From Botryllus schlosseri (taxonomy: Eukaryota), in the NCBI GenBank assembly GCA_051294905.1, contig CM119384.1:15748001-15812000 (forward strand): a stretch of DNA of 64,000 nt, in the 5' to 3' direction. Shown here piece by piece: positions 13,001-28,000 of this stretch (position 1 is its first letter; each line of letters starts with the position of its first letter). The position numbers were made by a program, and so were the translations under genes. Below the pieces are notes generated by a model that saw only the letters and a list, made by a program, of their open reading frames with translations, had not been told where the DNA came from and made no database searches.

Positions 13001-16000
13001 CAGTGACATAACAATGCATGACTTTTGAATATCCACTTTATAATCGGTATTTAATGGAAATGAGTAGAGCTTAGCAGCTCATTTGGCTGAGTGTGTCATG
13101 CATAAAATTGCAAATAATGCATATTTGTGTTATGCAAGTGTGCCATCACAGTATGATTGATGCGTTGAAAAATTACTCATTGCTAACTTGAGTAAAACTG
13201 CATGAGGAAGTGTATGTCGTGTTCAGTGACTGATTTCATCTATTTGGTATCCGAATGCAGCGTTGACTGTTTTTCAAATGTGACCGGATTGCAATTGTAC
13301 TGCTACTGCAGTAATGATCACATGATATTGTCCAGACTCGATGCATTCATTGCATATTGTATTGCTGCGTTGACCTTTGTCGACTTATGACTTTGCCCGC
13401 CTTTCTGCTGACTGAGATGGTGACAATACTTCGGTCGCTGGCAAAGGAGAAATGGCCGGTCCAGTCACAGTGTGTCAGTGTGTTCTCTTTGTGAATTTTA
13501 TAGTTAATATAGTGTAGTATAGTTATATATAGTTTATAGTTCATGCTTCCTATTGACTGAGAGGTTCTGTACCCACTACCCACTTATCTGGACACGTTCA
13601 TTTTGTTAGAAGGTTATTTCAGCACACCACACATACGATTGACTCACTCGCATAGACTGTATCACTGTAGCATTATTACTCCGCTCTTTTTAACTGTTAA
13701 CTGTGAAAACATGAAGAATAAAGTGTACTTTGTGCTATATCATCCCTCAGTCGCACCTTCAAGCATCTTTTTTGAAAGTCCCGATTGGAAATGGGCAGCA
13801 TCAAATCAAACTCAAATATTCAAACGCAAATGAAAGCGAATCACTTTTTAAAAATATTTTTCAACGGAAATAAAAAGAGCAGTAGTACTAAAAAAATACC
13901 GGTGTCTGGCACGGATCATCACTTTTGAGTTTTGGGGTATCTTTGATCAATTCGGTCACATGGTTATTGACAGATGTTTATCAAAACTGCTTGGCCTGAT
14001 GAGAAGATGTGAAGAACCCGCAACTGTTCCTGTTGATTCGAACTACGAAATTTCTGATTCAAATCGACACCATATAAAATTATTCGAATTGATTTTGAGT
14101 CGCCTCTGATGTTGATACCACTTCGTAATTATTACTTCTATTTCAAAAAATTGTGATTCTTTGTCTTTCTCTAGGTGCTGTCACCAGACTATGGGACGTT
14201 TGTTCACAACGAAAAGACAAGGACTTATTGGTTTGCGACTAGTGAAACGGAAAGCTTCTCAGACTATTTCCTCGTTGGGGTTGTATCCTTTTTAATAGCC
14301 ATCAGCATTGGAGGTCAGATTAGGAACTGCCATGGCATTTAACGCGTTGCATCGTATGTATTTTTGCTTGTTGATGACTTCTGTGAGGAGCGTTGCTGTC
14401 AGCGTTTCTTCCAGACAATCGACTTCTCGTGACTTGTAACGTGCATCCTTGTAAACTCATATGATTCGGTCTCAATTTCCTGTGCTGGCATTACTTGTAA
14501 ATGACGATCGAATTGAATTAACTTGTGTGTGACACATCAACCATCAGCCGGTTTGCGTCACCTTGAAGCCAAACTGTATTATTGAAATCGTTTTACTTAA
14601 TTCGGGCAGGATTTTTATAAAATCTTGATGCAAAGCTAAGTGTTGTACACAGTACACTTGCCAAAATAACATTAATATTACTGTCTTTATTCACATTAAA
14701 ACTGATAAATACACAAACACACAACCGGGGAGCAACTTGGCTCCTAAGGAAGGAAACTTCTAAAATTTCAGTGACAGAATCAAATTGTTATTCCTATGCA
14801 ATACTTAGACCGCGGTAGATCAAGAATTGGAAGTTCTCACAGGTAGATTTAATTGAAAATGAAGAGTCGAAATTACAGAAGTTATGCCATCATTTTGAGC
14901 CCTAGTGTGTTAGTATTAATGTTATTATAGTGATACTCAGAGTTTCATAAGGATTTGTAAATTCAGTAAAAGACGTTCGGTTGCAACCTGTGAATTGACC
15001 CGGTCACGGTGTGAGTGTTGCGATTCGAATATAACCCGTATCAAGGAAATTTCACGATTTCGATTCATTTCAACGTCGCAATGTCTAGCATTGCGAAATC
15101 GCTCGCGTCTTCAACATCAACACACAATCGATTGCCGTTTTAGATACGTGCTATTTACGTCTAGTTTAGGAGAAAAGTTATCGATTGTCAGATCCAATGA
15201 TTCACATTTCCTCAACTGTCTACCTGGTATAGCTCATGGGCCTCGCAGTCTACAACTGCATCACTCTGGATTTGAGGTTTCCGCTGGTGCTGTACCGGAA
15301 ACTTCTCAGCGTGCCGGTGTCTGCCCGGGGCCAGGGCGCCCAGTCGAACCCGCCGCCGAATCCTGTGGGCGTCGTACCGATTTGTTTGGACGACCTGAAA
15401 GATGTTGATCCTGTGAGATATTTACATTTGTGTTGTTGACGCTTTGCCGTTAATATGGGATTAGTTGCCGCGCTGTAGTCTTCAGTATAAATATATATGC
15501 AGAGGTGCTCGGTAACAATGTGATTTTTTGGAGTGCTTTACTCAAGTACTCTACTTGAATAGTTTTTCTGGCTCAACTATTTAATTTTTAAAATTGAATA
15601 GTATATTCATATTGAAATGAACCCGAATATTTTCGGCTGACACTCGTCAGGGGTAATCGTCAGCAACTAGTAGAGAATTGGAAAGAACATTGTATATCAA
15701 CAATCGTATCACAAAATATGACGTCACCAGCATGAAATTTCGTGAATAAGAGAGCGTTCAATGTACTATTTTTAGGTGGTACACAAACTCCTTTTGTTGC
15801 GAATAATTATCGAGACGACCGATTTCGAATCGTTGGGCGAGGCCGTTCACAATTCCATTTGTGTGCCTTGGAGTCGACTTTTATCAAAATACACCAACCA
15901 AAACTCTATCAACAAAAGGAGTTCGTGTACCACCTAAAAATAGTACATTGAACGCTCTCTCATTCGAAATTTCATGCTGGTGACGTCATATTTTGTGATA

Positions 16001-19000
16001 CGATTGTTGATATACAATGTTCTTTCCAATTCTCTACTAGTTGCTGACGATTACCCCTGACGAGTGTCAGCCGAAAATATTAGGGTTCATTTCAATATGA
16101 ATATAATATTCAATTGTATATTGAAGTTCTGTACCTCCAAGAAGCTATTTAATTTTTAAAGTGCAAAGTAGTTTTGCATCAATTTTATGGTTGAAAATCT
16201 CTTAACAACCAGGCGAAGTTAGCCTGTGTCGCAGTGTCTGAGTATATTTTTTTTGAAAATTGCACCTATTTGTAAGGTTATTTGTCATTCTATGTTAGTC
16301 GCAAAGAGAACCCTGCGCATAGCCAACTCAAATTTACTGCTAAAAGTATGTGATCCCTCGACCTAATCTACTACTGGAGCACTTCTCATAAATACATTTT
16401 CTACTCTCAATATTGGCATGTTCTGCAATTTACTATTTGTACTTATAATTGAATATAATTTTTTGTCGTTACTTCTATTTAGTACCAACATTGATTACTT
16501 TTACTACATCTATATATAGTCATTTCAAACCTGTTGCCGGTAAATATCTGTAATGCTTTAAGACTCTTTTTTATCCTATTCAAACAGAATGTAGCTTATT
16601 ATACAGTCCTCGTTTTTGCATAGAGCCTGACCATGACACTAATCCTACATCTAAACGACTTGTGAATTACAAATTTGTAAATATGCATTTGCTCAGCTGT
16701 CGGTAACAACAGATTTGTTACTTGGTATGTCTTTTGAGCAAAGTCACCACATGCTTATCCCTCTAAATATTTCGTCCAAGACACTGCGTACTCATTTTTA
16801 TGACGACTTTGGCTTCATAATCCACATCGGGTAAGCTGGCCCATTCCCATTTCAGTAACAGCACAAACACAGGGAACCTACTTAGGGGCTTGGCATCAAG
16901 TAGAACCGATTTGGCAGAGGTCGTCAGTAAAGAAGAACTTATATTTTTTCTCAGTATTCAAGTCGCTTTTTCCTTCTTGTACTACTTCCCCGCAATTGGC
17001 TACGATTTCAGACTACTGTTACTTCTAATCTACAGTTTTTAGCTTTTATGCAAAACCACTCCTAGAATACTAACTTGGAAATCGCTCATTTAACACGTAT
17101 TTGGCTAGAAATGTACCATGTTTCTTCTACTTCTTGAGCACTTGATTTGAGCGCCTCCGCGCATTAGGTACTGCGGCTACTTACGCCTAAAGTTGAGGTC
17201 CATATCTTTCACAGTGTCACAATTGCGAATCACATGGTCCAGATATCTTCAGACATATTGTGAACTGTGCACAAAACGATTAAGAAGTGTGGACAAAATG
17301 TGTTTTAACGGGGCAAATTCACAAGCCCAACTAATGCGTGATGATTTTTACGGTTATATTACTGACCAAGCGAAAACTTTCCATTCTGCATTATCCATGA
17401 AGCGTGGTCTGGGTTGGTTGAATGTAATTAGCCCGCACTGCGTATGACCATTGTATGACTGTCAGCAAGTTCCTCAACATGGTGTGACGCTGTGCGATAG
17501 AATGTTTTCTTACTGCAAGAGATTTTAAATCAATGGTTTGGTAGCACGTGCTAGGCCAGTCTGAAGCTAACGAACCGTGGTCGTAATGCAATCAGCTTGA
17601 GCATATTTGTCAGACAAACAAGTCGCGTTTGCCATAGTGTAAAGTCTAGTTGTGTTTCCAACTTTAGTTCCAGCACAATATTGATTGTTATCTCGCCCTT
17701 TGTTCCACTCCGGCGCAGAACTGCTCTCTTATAATAGTTACATTGTCTGATTGTCGCAAACACAAACTCCCACCGCGATTGTCGACTCATTGCGAGCCCT
17801 GCGCGGTAATGAAATAGTCACGCTCGATAGCGCGCAGATGAAGTGAGCAATGAGCAGATTTGATATCTTTCTGTTTTGGAGTTCTTCTACAAAATCACCA
17901 TAGTTGATGACTAGTCACTATAGAAGTACATCTATTTTTTTGAGCACTCAAGTAGGTTTAACGTGCTTCTACTACTCGAGTGGTTTTGTTTCAGACTACT
18001 CCCACCCAATGTTCCCTCTAAGCTGCGTGCGTGCGCAAATGTGCAGTGCTGACACGGTCTCTGCGCACAGAAAATCTAAGTTACGCACAAAAAATCCGAA
18101 GTGATGACCTTTTTTTTAGTCGTTACGCACTGTTGTCCAAGTGTCTGCGCAGTATGTTGGTGAGTGTGCGCAGACTCGTCAAAATTAGAGGGAACATGGC
18201 TTCCACCTATACTTCACAGTTTTGCAGGCAAAACTTCTTACTTTTCATGTTTTGGATTTTTGTCAAGTAGAAATTTATTTTGGGGTATACGTGGAACACT
18301 TTTTTGAGTCATGGCTAGGGCGATTTTTTTTACCTTAACATCTGAAGATTTTGACCTAAAAAATCAAAAATTTTTTGACATTAAAAAACTCCATTTTGAC
18401 CTCATGTACGTAAATTTGGTGTTTTCCCACATAATGTTAGAATTGTACTACTTATTTTCATTTCTGGTTGGAACTGTCTGTCATTACGAAGTAGTTTGGC
18501 CTGGAAAAACTTTTTTGACCTAAAAATTGACCTAATTTTTACATGAAAAACTTTATTGCAACGAAATCTGAGCCTATGAAGAATCCCGTAGTTACATCAC
18601 GCATTATGGTAGAAATAATTAAAAATTTGTTGTAGTACAACGAAAGATAGTTTCGTACATTCTCGGGTAGAAAGTTTCCGTCCTTATTAAGTAGCTTGCC
18701 AAGAATTGAGAAAGTACATTCAACAGCAGCAGTTGTGGGCTGGCAACACTGAAGTTATGCGTACACTGCTGGTGACACACCGTGTGGCTTCATTCTGACA
18801 ATGTTGCCTACATCACAGTTCTTCATCATGCGCTTCTTGATAGATGAACCGATGCCCACGCAGCCTTTCTTCAGTTAGCATAGTGTGGTACGTTGAGCAT
18901 AACACCATGTCAAACTATTTGTTTCGTTTGACCGTTTGTGATTCACAGTGAGCAGACAATGGTCTGCAACGGCAGGCCTGTAAAGTAGGCTGCAAGCTGT

Positions 19001-22000
19001 AAAATGTAAAATGTTAAGTTCTTCCATAGCCTTTATATAGGCTATGGTTGATCTACAGTGCAAACATCTACGATCAAAACGAAATGCAGGTTGCAAAAAA
19101 AAATTGACTTGGCAGAAAATTTTGACTTATTTTGACATGTCAAAAAAATCGCCCTAGTCATGACAACTGTGTGAATTAGCCCCTGTATGATGGATCATCA
19201 TTGATGATAATAATTGAATGTATTTTTTAAAGTTGCACCTATACCCGTGGTCATTCATTACTCAGTTTTTGTTAGTGGCGAAGCTTCACCCTGCGAAATC
19301 GACAATGGCCGGTTCCGATTAACTGTCGAAATATGCGACCTGTCGACAGAATCTACTTTTTGAAACTACATGAGTACTTTTCATATCTTCATATTCTACA
19401 TCCACTTGTGGATACTACATGTCTTGGCAATCGTTACTTCGACTTCACGGCGTTGCTTCCGCTTATGCTTGAGTACCGACTGCTTTGAACACCTCAACGT
19501 GATACGGAGTATGGAATAGGTTGGGATTTGCGTTTACAGGACCTCAAATCCACGCATGTGTGCCGGTGTCCTGCAGCATATCTCTTGTCTCCTCGCGTTG
19601 CACGTTTGTTGCACGCTCGCGTTTGTTTGCTCTCTGTCGGTCAAACGCATTCGTGTGCGCTCGCTTTTTCTGCGTGACTGTGTACAGAGAGGTTTTTGCT
19701 TGTGTGCGCCTTGCACACAAGTCGACGCAATTTCACCAACCGCGGCTACGCGGGTAATTTTTCGGTTTTCCGCTCGCGAATTCCGGCAGAAACGGAACGC
19801 GTACGCGGTAGCGCATCATCCGATTTCCACGCCAGTTCGCTGTAAGGTTATGTCATGATCGGCCTGCCAAGTCGGCTCACTGCCAACCATGAACACCGCA
19901 CGCCTTTCGCATTATCGACCAGTAAACATACTTCTGCCGCACGTAATTCGCTTATACTGCTTTTAGTAAATATTCATGATAAGTATTCAATAACTTATGA
20001 GCAGCGCGGCGCTAATAAATCATTATAAATACGTGTTGTACATCTGTACTATGTGTGACAACTGTCTGCTTTGTACTTTGTTACGTTGATGTAGCGCAGA
20101 TGTATTGCACGTATGTAAAAGATCGGGAAATTGTGAAATAATGGTTCGCCAGTAATATAATCGATCGGTGTTGCGAAACTGCAACCTTTGACATATCGAC
20201 AGTCTTGATTGTCGGGTGGTGTTTGTTCGCTGTGACGAAATAATGAATGGAAGGTCTATTTTTATTGGTCGCACACGCAGATATATCGCATGCATGGTGA
20301 GCTATGCCATACACAATTACTATCGATGAAACTGACCTATTTACGGAGGCACGGAGTAGGCTTACTTTTTCGTAGTACTGGAGTAGGTTGGGACTACTTC
20401 CAAATCCGTACTTAAGAATTGTAAGGTTTTTGCGTAAATCTAGGCCTTGAATACTTATATCTTTACTAAAGCTATTTCTTCATAAATATGTATACTTGTC
20501 ACGTGGAGAGGACTTATACTGAAGTAGCTCCGCAATGACTTATTATATTATTAGTTGCAGTATTTGCTTACCCTTTTTTGTGTAATATGTATAACTGATG
20601 TATTGTGTCAAATACCGTTCTCCCGTTGATATATAATATGTACACGAATAAAGCAAATATTATGGTGACCTCACCTCATTACATCATCATTATCCGGACT
20701 GTGCCAAATAGAAGCATATATGATATTGCAGTTTTTGTCGTTTCTAATAGAAGCCCTTCCTAGTTTCGTTAAAGAAATGTTTCACACCGTTACTTTTGGC
20801 AACCCACAACATCGGTAATTCGCAAAGCAAATGTACAACACGGCCGGATGAAAGAAACAGCCTTCAGAACTTAGCAGTGTACGGCCCCGTTTGAAGTTGT
20901 GGGGTAAACATGTCGCTTATGTGTTTCCCATTCGATTGTGAGCAATACGATACGTCTCACTAGGAGACAAAGCGATACAGTGCAGCTGCTGTTACAGCCG
21001 TGCTAGGGTGGTATTTAAACGGTCATATTTTATGCCTTTGCGAGTATTTTCGGAACGTTTTCACCACAGCGCCGTGCTGTGCGTAAACCGTTAAATTGTT
21101 ATTACTGAAAATATTGAAATCTGGCAATAAAATCAAGGCTTTCGCAATGTCGTCATTTCCTCGCGCTCTACAAATGTCGAGTATGGGACGCATGCGTTTA
21201 TGGCGCGGGTTGTATGGGTTGTAAATTCAAGTACTGTGTCAACGGCATTAACCCAATTCCTCAATACAAAACGCTTCATAAGCCTAATTGTACACGTGAT
21301 AAGGAAGTAGTTCATTGGCGAAGGTGTTGCCGGATAAACAACGATTAGACCGATTTTCCAAGACAATTAGCACTAATTCGTTGTGCAGAGAGTTCTGTAT
21401 ACTGCTATTAACCTTATTGTCTGATTTAGAAAGTGTGACGTCGATTTGATTACAATGTCGGGTGTAAACAATAGACATCTTAGGGGTTTTATTTGTAACC
21501 GCGGCGCCGAATCGAACCCCTTAATTACCGAAACATTGGTCCATCCTTCCCAAGGATTAGGCACTGTACTTTGGGAGCGAGTGCTTATTAGGTCTGGACA
21601 AAACGGAACACCTGGAGCACCACCCACACGATTACTCACATGACATTTATTTTTGCTTCTTAGAACTTGAGCATTGAATACGCATATTGGAAGACCATAT
21701 AGCGATTGCCTAAGGAGAGAAACATTAATATACATATACACATTAATAATAATATCGCACTATCCCTTGTTCACGAATGCTCAGATTATGTCATAGCACG
21801 TGTACAAGTAAAAAGTAATCGTTTTATTACAAAGAAATCGAGTAGATGTATGAAATGATCGTTTGTGATTACGGTTTTTTCGAATCGACTTGGTTACGAT
21901 AACGATTACTTTAAAATGCTGTAATCGTCGTCATCGATTACGATTACAAATCACGATGGCCCGTGTCTGCTTCCTATCGATTTTGCGACCGCAATCAATT

Positions 22001-25000
22001 GACTTTTGAATCCTGACCGACGCCTACCGTTAGTATTCATATTTCTTCGTCGTAATGATAATACACGCGCGACTTCTTGACGAAACTTCCCTTACTCTGT
22101 CCGCAGGCTTTACGTGTGGATAGTTTTTGACCGCAAATTACGATTTCGCCTCATCGTAACACCGTGCCGTTTGCCAGTGATGGCGAGATTTGAGCACAAG
22201 CGGTCAGTAACGATTAACGAAGTCCTCCTTTGTCAGAGTAGATAAGTAGCTTTTGGCAGCTTTGCCGACAGACAGCGTAATGGTGGAGCGTCCGTCTTCT
22301 TGGTCGGTAGGTCGTGGATTCAATCCCCGGCTGGGTCAGACCAAAGACCTGATTAGTAACACTGGTATTCATGACTTCACCGCTTGTCGCTCAGCATTAC
22401 CAGAATAGCATGGTGGGGCTGTGAAAGACTTACAAATCCTTACAAGGCTATATCTGCAGCTTTCTTGTCCAGCGACATATGCTTATGCACTCGCGTGTAT
22501 GTATATCATGAGTCAGTATATGTGCCACAAAATATACTATGCCCTATTCCTATTTTTGCCTCCTTACTGTAGCTATTTAGTCTATGGAACGCTCAAATGT
22601 CGGGCAACCATCGCCGGCGCCAGTTTTAAGCCCCGTCGATAACTTCCGATTTTGAATTTCCAGGACATGGTCCACGGCCTGGAAGAGCTGCTCTCGTACG
22701 AAGGCGACGTGGAGGCCGATCTGGGAATCACGTTCCAGGCCGCGAAGCAAGAATTCGGAATAGTGCGCAGCCACCCTTTGAAAGCGGCCGGCGACAAAAT
22801 CGCGGTCACCAACGCCAACAGGAAGGAATACGTGCAATGCTACGTCAACTGGATTCTCAACAAGGCCGTGTACAGGTGCGATGTCCTTTTTGGAACGTGA
22901 ATAGCCGGATCCAAACTCCTGTCATGTAAATGGTGCGAATATTCAAATGACAAAATGACTGACCCACAACTTTGTCGCAAAGTGCAATGAAATCGGCATC
23001 GTCGAAAAAATACCAAATTATCTTTAACGTTTCAGAGTCGATTCAGTCACGCTCTTGATTTTGCTTCGCCCTAGTCATGTGATCAAGTCAACACTGAATC
23101 TTTCCATTCGCTTTAAAAAAAATACAACTTCTAATCCTTTTTCAACTCAGCTGAAAATTTGCATATTTGACAGCACGTAATTGACGCTAGGTTTCTTTGC
23201 CCGTCCATAAATTTTCATCCCTGTCACGGCCATGCATGCAGTTACCTAATGCTATTTAGGTCTCTCAAGTACTACAAACCACGCTTGTTATGTAATTATT
23301 ATATCTATGGGGCAGTGGCCAGCCAGGTATTTGCAGTTTCAGTGCCTCGCAAACGAATTGGATCGTAAAATTGCCGCGGATGGAGTGATATGTAATCTAT
23401 TTGCGTGATTGTGTTTACCCGTTGTCTCGCAGTACTTCCCAGAAGCCATCGTTTGTACTGTATAGTCCCCGCGGGACCGGCTATTAATACTTCCGATTTA
23501 TGAGAATACCGGGTACAGCGCTGTGAGGAGTACCTAGGAAACTGACGCGTTGTATAATCGGTATATTTCCACGACCCCGCCGATTAGAACACTTTCGAGG
23601 ACTCAATGCAGACTTGTACAAGGGTTGCTCAAAAGAATTTCACTGGCTACGTGATGAAATTGTTAGGTTGACTAAAACAACGCTCTTCGCCTAATTTAGC
23701 TCTCAATTCCAACCAGTAGAAGCGAAGTTCTCGCAGTATAAAATTTTGAATTTATTATTTAGAAAATGAATTGAAATAACAAAAAAATTTCTGCTCACCC
23801 CATAATATTTTCACGCTGCCAGTAGTGACGTTGCGCACCAAATTTGGCTCAATTCCAACCAGTGGAAGCCGAGTTATTGCAGTAGAAAACTTTGGATGTG
23901 AATAAAATAGTATTTACTGTGGCTCACGCATTCATTTAACCATAGAATTAGAATTCTTTCAACTGCAATAACTTCGCTTCTATTGGCTGGAATTGAATCG
24001 AATTTGGTGTGCATCATCTCCACTGACAGCCCAACTATTTTACGGGAAAGACAGAAAAGTTTGAATTTTTATTTTTTATATAATAAACCCAAATTTTTCT
24101 ACTGCATGAATTTCGCTTCTACCGGTTGGAATTTAGCCAAATTTGGTGTGCAGCGTTTTTTTACCCAACCCAACAATTTCACTGGTGAAATTTGAAGGAC
24201 AAGGTTTTTTTGAACAGCCGTCTACCAACTACTGGATTTTGAAAATGCACTAGAAGTAGAACTACTCGAAAAGCCTGTAGTTAATTGATCGTTAACTAAA
24301 CTAGATTGGTACTTTCTACAAGCCTAGGCTAAGCCGAACCTGTTGAGGCATTCATTGTTCATACTCGAGTAGAAGTAGAAGTGACTTCATAAATTTCTAC
24401 TCAAGTACAAGTAGCCGACCGAGATTTCCAAGTAAGGTCTAGTTTTACGTTAGGCTGCAAACTGCAATCTACAATTGAAGTAGTCTATACGAGTAGGCCG
24501 TCTCACTAGAGTAAGTAGTGCTACAAGGTAAAACATACTTTAGTACTCCGTAAAAGTATGAGATATTTCGTTACTCTTTCTGACCACCACCTGATCGTAA
24601 GTTGGAGACGTTTTTGTGCAACCGCTCATTAAACCGTCTTATCTTTACAATAGGATTTGCGCGCGCAATTATTCTCTTAATGGGTCGCGGGAAGAATCGT
24701 TTTTCACGGTGCGTAATTACTTGTTTTCCAGGCAATTCAGCGCGTTTTCGGAAGGGTTCCACACCGTGTGCGATTCAAGCGCTCTGTCGCTGCTCTGCGC
24801 GGAAGAAGTGGAGACTCTGGCTTGCGGCAATTCCGTGTTCGACATGAAGGACTTGAAGAAATTCACTACCTACGAGGTGAGAACAACACCGCGGCACGCG
24901 CATATGAAGCAATATATCGCTCCGAGAAAGTGTATGGGCGAGGCGAGCGTATTGACGCGGCCAGAGGTGGTCACTGATCATTAGCGGTGTACTTTTACTT

Positions 25001-28000
25001 ATTTTGGACCACACAAGTGGATTATACCCGCTTGCACCACTTATCAATGGGTTATATTTACAGACTATTTCCACCTTGACTTTGGGAAGCCGTTGCGGTA
25101 CATCGCAAGCATACAACTACATATATCGGTTGTTTTAGATTGACTACTGTCACCCATATAGACCAGCTGCAAATGCATCATATTTGTACAGCGTAAGGCA
25201 TATGTCGTCATTTGACAACTCTTCGTTGATCCTTATGCACAGAGTGCAAGTTTGCGGGGGATATAAACCGAGTGATAGTGCACTTATTGTGATTTGTGCT
25301 TGACTAGTTGCCATTATTTTGGTATTAGTAAACTCGTATAGGCACGCGCTCTTCGCAGAAACAATCTACGAATGTCTATCACCAGTTGAACTCGAGAGAT
25401 GTCTCGATGTGTGATGGGTATTCATTCGTCCATGCGTTTGCCGCTAGTGGGGTAGTATGCAAGCATTTTCTTTTCAGTAATTCTCTTCGGATTTTTAAAA
25501 GTATAAAGATCATTTGGGATGAGTTTGTATCGCTTTTATGACTGAAGTTGTGATAAAACCCGCGCAAAACAGCCCCAGCACCTTTGTCACGGGAGCACAA
25601 TATATTTTCAAAGATTGCACCTGTTTGTATCGTCATCATTCACTTTTACTTCAGTCACGAAGATACATCTTTCAATTTCGTAAGTATAGAATGATAAATC
25701 GCTAAAATGATGCGACCCCTGGACCAAATATACCCCTTCGAACAACATACCCGAGTGGTTTAATACTTTCACTTGAGTAGGGATGTTTTGTACTTTGATC
25801 ACGTCGGGACACGGTCTGGTCTTACGATTCAACATAGAATCACGGAGTCTCTTCTCTGCCGATTGCGCCGTCTAATGCACATATGGCGAAATCGGTGTTT
25901 GCTCTACAGCCAGCGAAAGTGTGAACAGCCGAGACTTGTATTTGTCTAATCGGCGGATTAGGTGGGTTTCTGCGCCGATCGCGCAAAATATTATCGCGGC
26001 TTCGAATCCGCTGTTTTTCGATGCGCGCGCAAATACGAAAATATCCATTGTCTTGGCCTCAGCCGATTTCGAAATTAGCCTTATCGCACAAAGGAGGAAA
26101 AGGCTTGCCGGAAACTTTCGATGTGCGACTCGGTTTTGTGTTAGCGTTAATTGTGTTTGTGTCAGCATGAATTACAAGAGCTATTACAAGGTATTACAAG
26201 TTCTATGTCGAACAGCATTTCAATCCAAATATATAGATAACTAACCTACGGATCAGAGATCAGCGTATTTAATATTTACAAATCCGGATTTAAGTTTCAA
26301 ATCCAAGCCCATATCCGGTAATGACTGAAATTTCGCGAAAGAGTCGCATGAAGACCGTAAACTGTAAGAAATTTATATCCGAATCCAAGTCCAGCATCAC
26401 AAAAATTGTAAATTCAAATTCGATCTAATTCGACCCAAATCCTTAAATCTGATTTTCTAAAATCCAAATTCATGCTCGTCTCTGCTACGGACAGAGACGA
26501 ATCACGTGACAGCAGGATTGGACAATCTGAGACGGCTAGCGATTTCTCGTAGCTTCGTAAACAAACATGGTGATATCTTACAGCTTCGACCCGCAAAATG
26601 TATTGAGCTGGTCTTTCTACCTTTTCGTTGTATCGCAATCTTCTGGTGTTTGAAATTGATGTAATTATCGCAAAAGCTTACGCTGATGGGGAAAATGTAT
26701 CTTTTTAGCGGCCACAAGCAAGGCATTGTCAATTACACGTTGTGGGAGACCTCCTAACAGTGCTAAAGACAAAAAAAAATACGCAGTTGTTTTCAAAGAT
26801 TTTTATTCTCGGATTTCTCTTTCAACTTGAACAAATGAATGTATGGCTGAAAATTAGTGTCACGGCACCTGCTCTGACGGCATACGATATCGGATCTTTG
26901 TGCTGACCATGAGTAACGCCCCATCGGGCGCGACCGGACACGCTCCGTTGACTTGTTAGCCTTCGGCGCTTTGTTTGTTATTGCTCGCCGTTCGCTTGAT
27001 TGCGAAACCTTGCTTGGTCCAGCGGCTGGCACTTTCGGTTGTGAATTGTTTTGGATTACATACCCCGATTTTTTTTTGTTCGCTGTGAAATCGGCGATTC
27101 AATTGTGCTGAGAAAGCTCACCAGCGTTTGTATAGTCGGAACTTTGTCCAATTACAAATATTTCTTTATTTTTTGAATTTTGGTTCATTGTTCCCTGTAA
27201 GATCCGCGATTTGATTCTACTGAGAAAGCTCGCCAGCGTTCGTCTAATCGGAACTTAGTCGGATTGTAAATATTTCTTTGTATCGTTGAATTCTCGGTAT
27301 TTAGCTGGCAATTGGCAAATGGCGTGATTATCGATTTGGCGATTAGGCCGTACTGTGCTAATACGCGTGTCCCCTTCGAATACGGTATAATAAAATATAT
27401 TGTCGGTACTATAGTTTCCTCGGAGATATATATTCCCACCAACTAACGTGGTACACTGTGAATAGTCAAGCATCAGACTACCTATGTGACTGTATTGACG
27501 GGTTAACGTAGCCTGAGACTATCGAATAGATAGCCTGGCATAAGACCTTAGCCTGGCATAAGACCTTAGTTGAGAAGATACATCAGATAATGTCAGTCGC
27601 ACGGGAAACTAGTGCAGACCTGGAAAATGACATGCATTTGCATATGCCCCCCCCCCCATATTTACGAATACGAAAAAGAGGACATATAAACCGGAAATTT
27701 ATTCACTCAACTCTGATCGTTGATGAACTGACTAAAAAAAGGTCCTTTTTCCGAGACGGTGCGAATAGGCCGTCTTCACGTGCATTTTTGGATGTGGTAA
27801 TTAAAGATATCTCACTGAGCATTCTAATATTTTCGCCCGCCAATCGCCCCCTTGTTTCTCAAAAGCACCCACGTTGGGAACCACCACTCTAGCACATGCA
27901 ATAAGCATGTAATTCCCTGTCACTGGTTTATATTCGTCCGCCGAATTTGTCGGGAAAGCTAAATACTTTCGATTCAAAACCTGCTCAGTGCTCATTTCCT

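Noticed and set aside
14995-15408. 137-aa ORF
   Set aside because: Alternative frame over a GC-rich HECTD2 exon plus intron; no independent coding signal.
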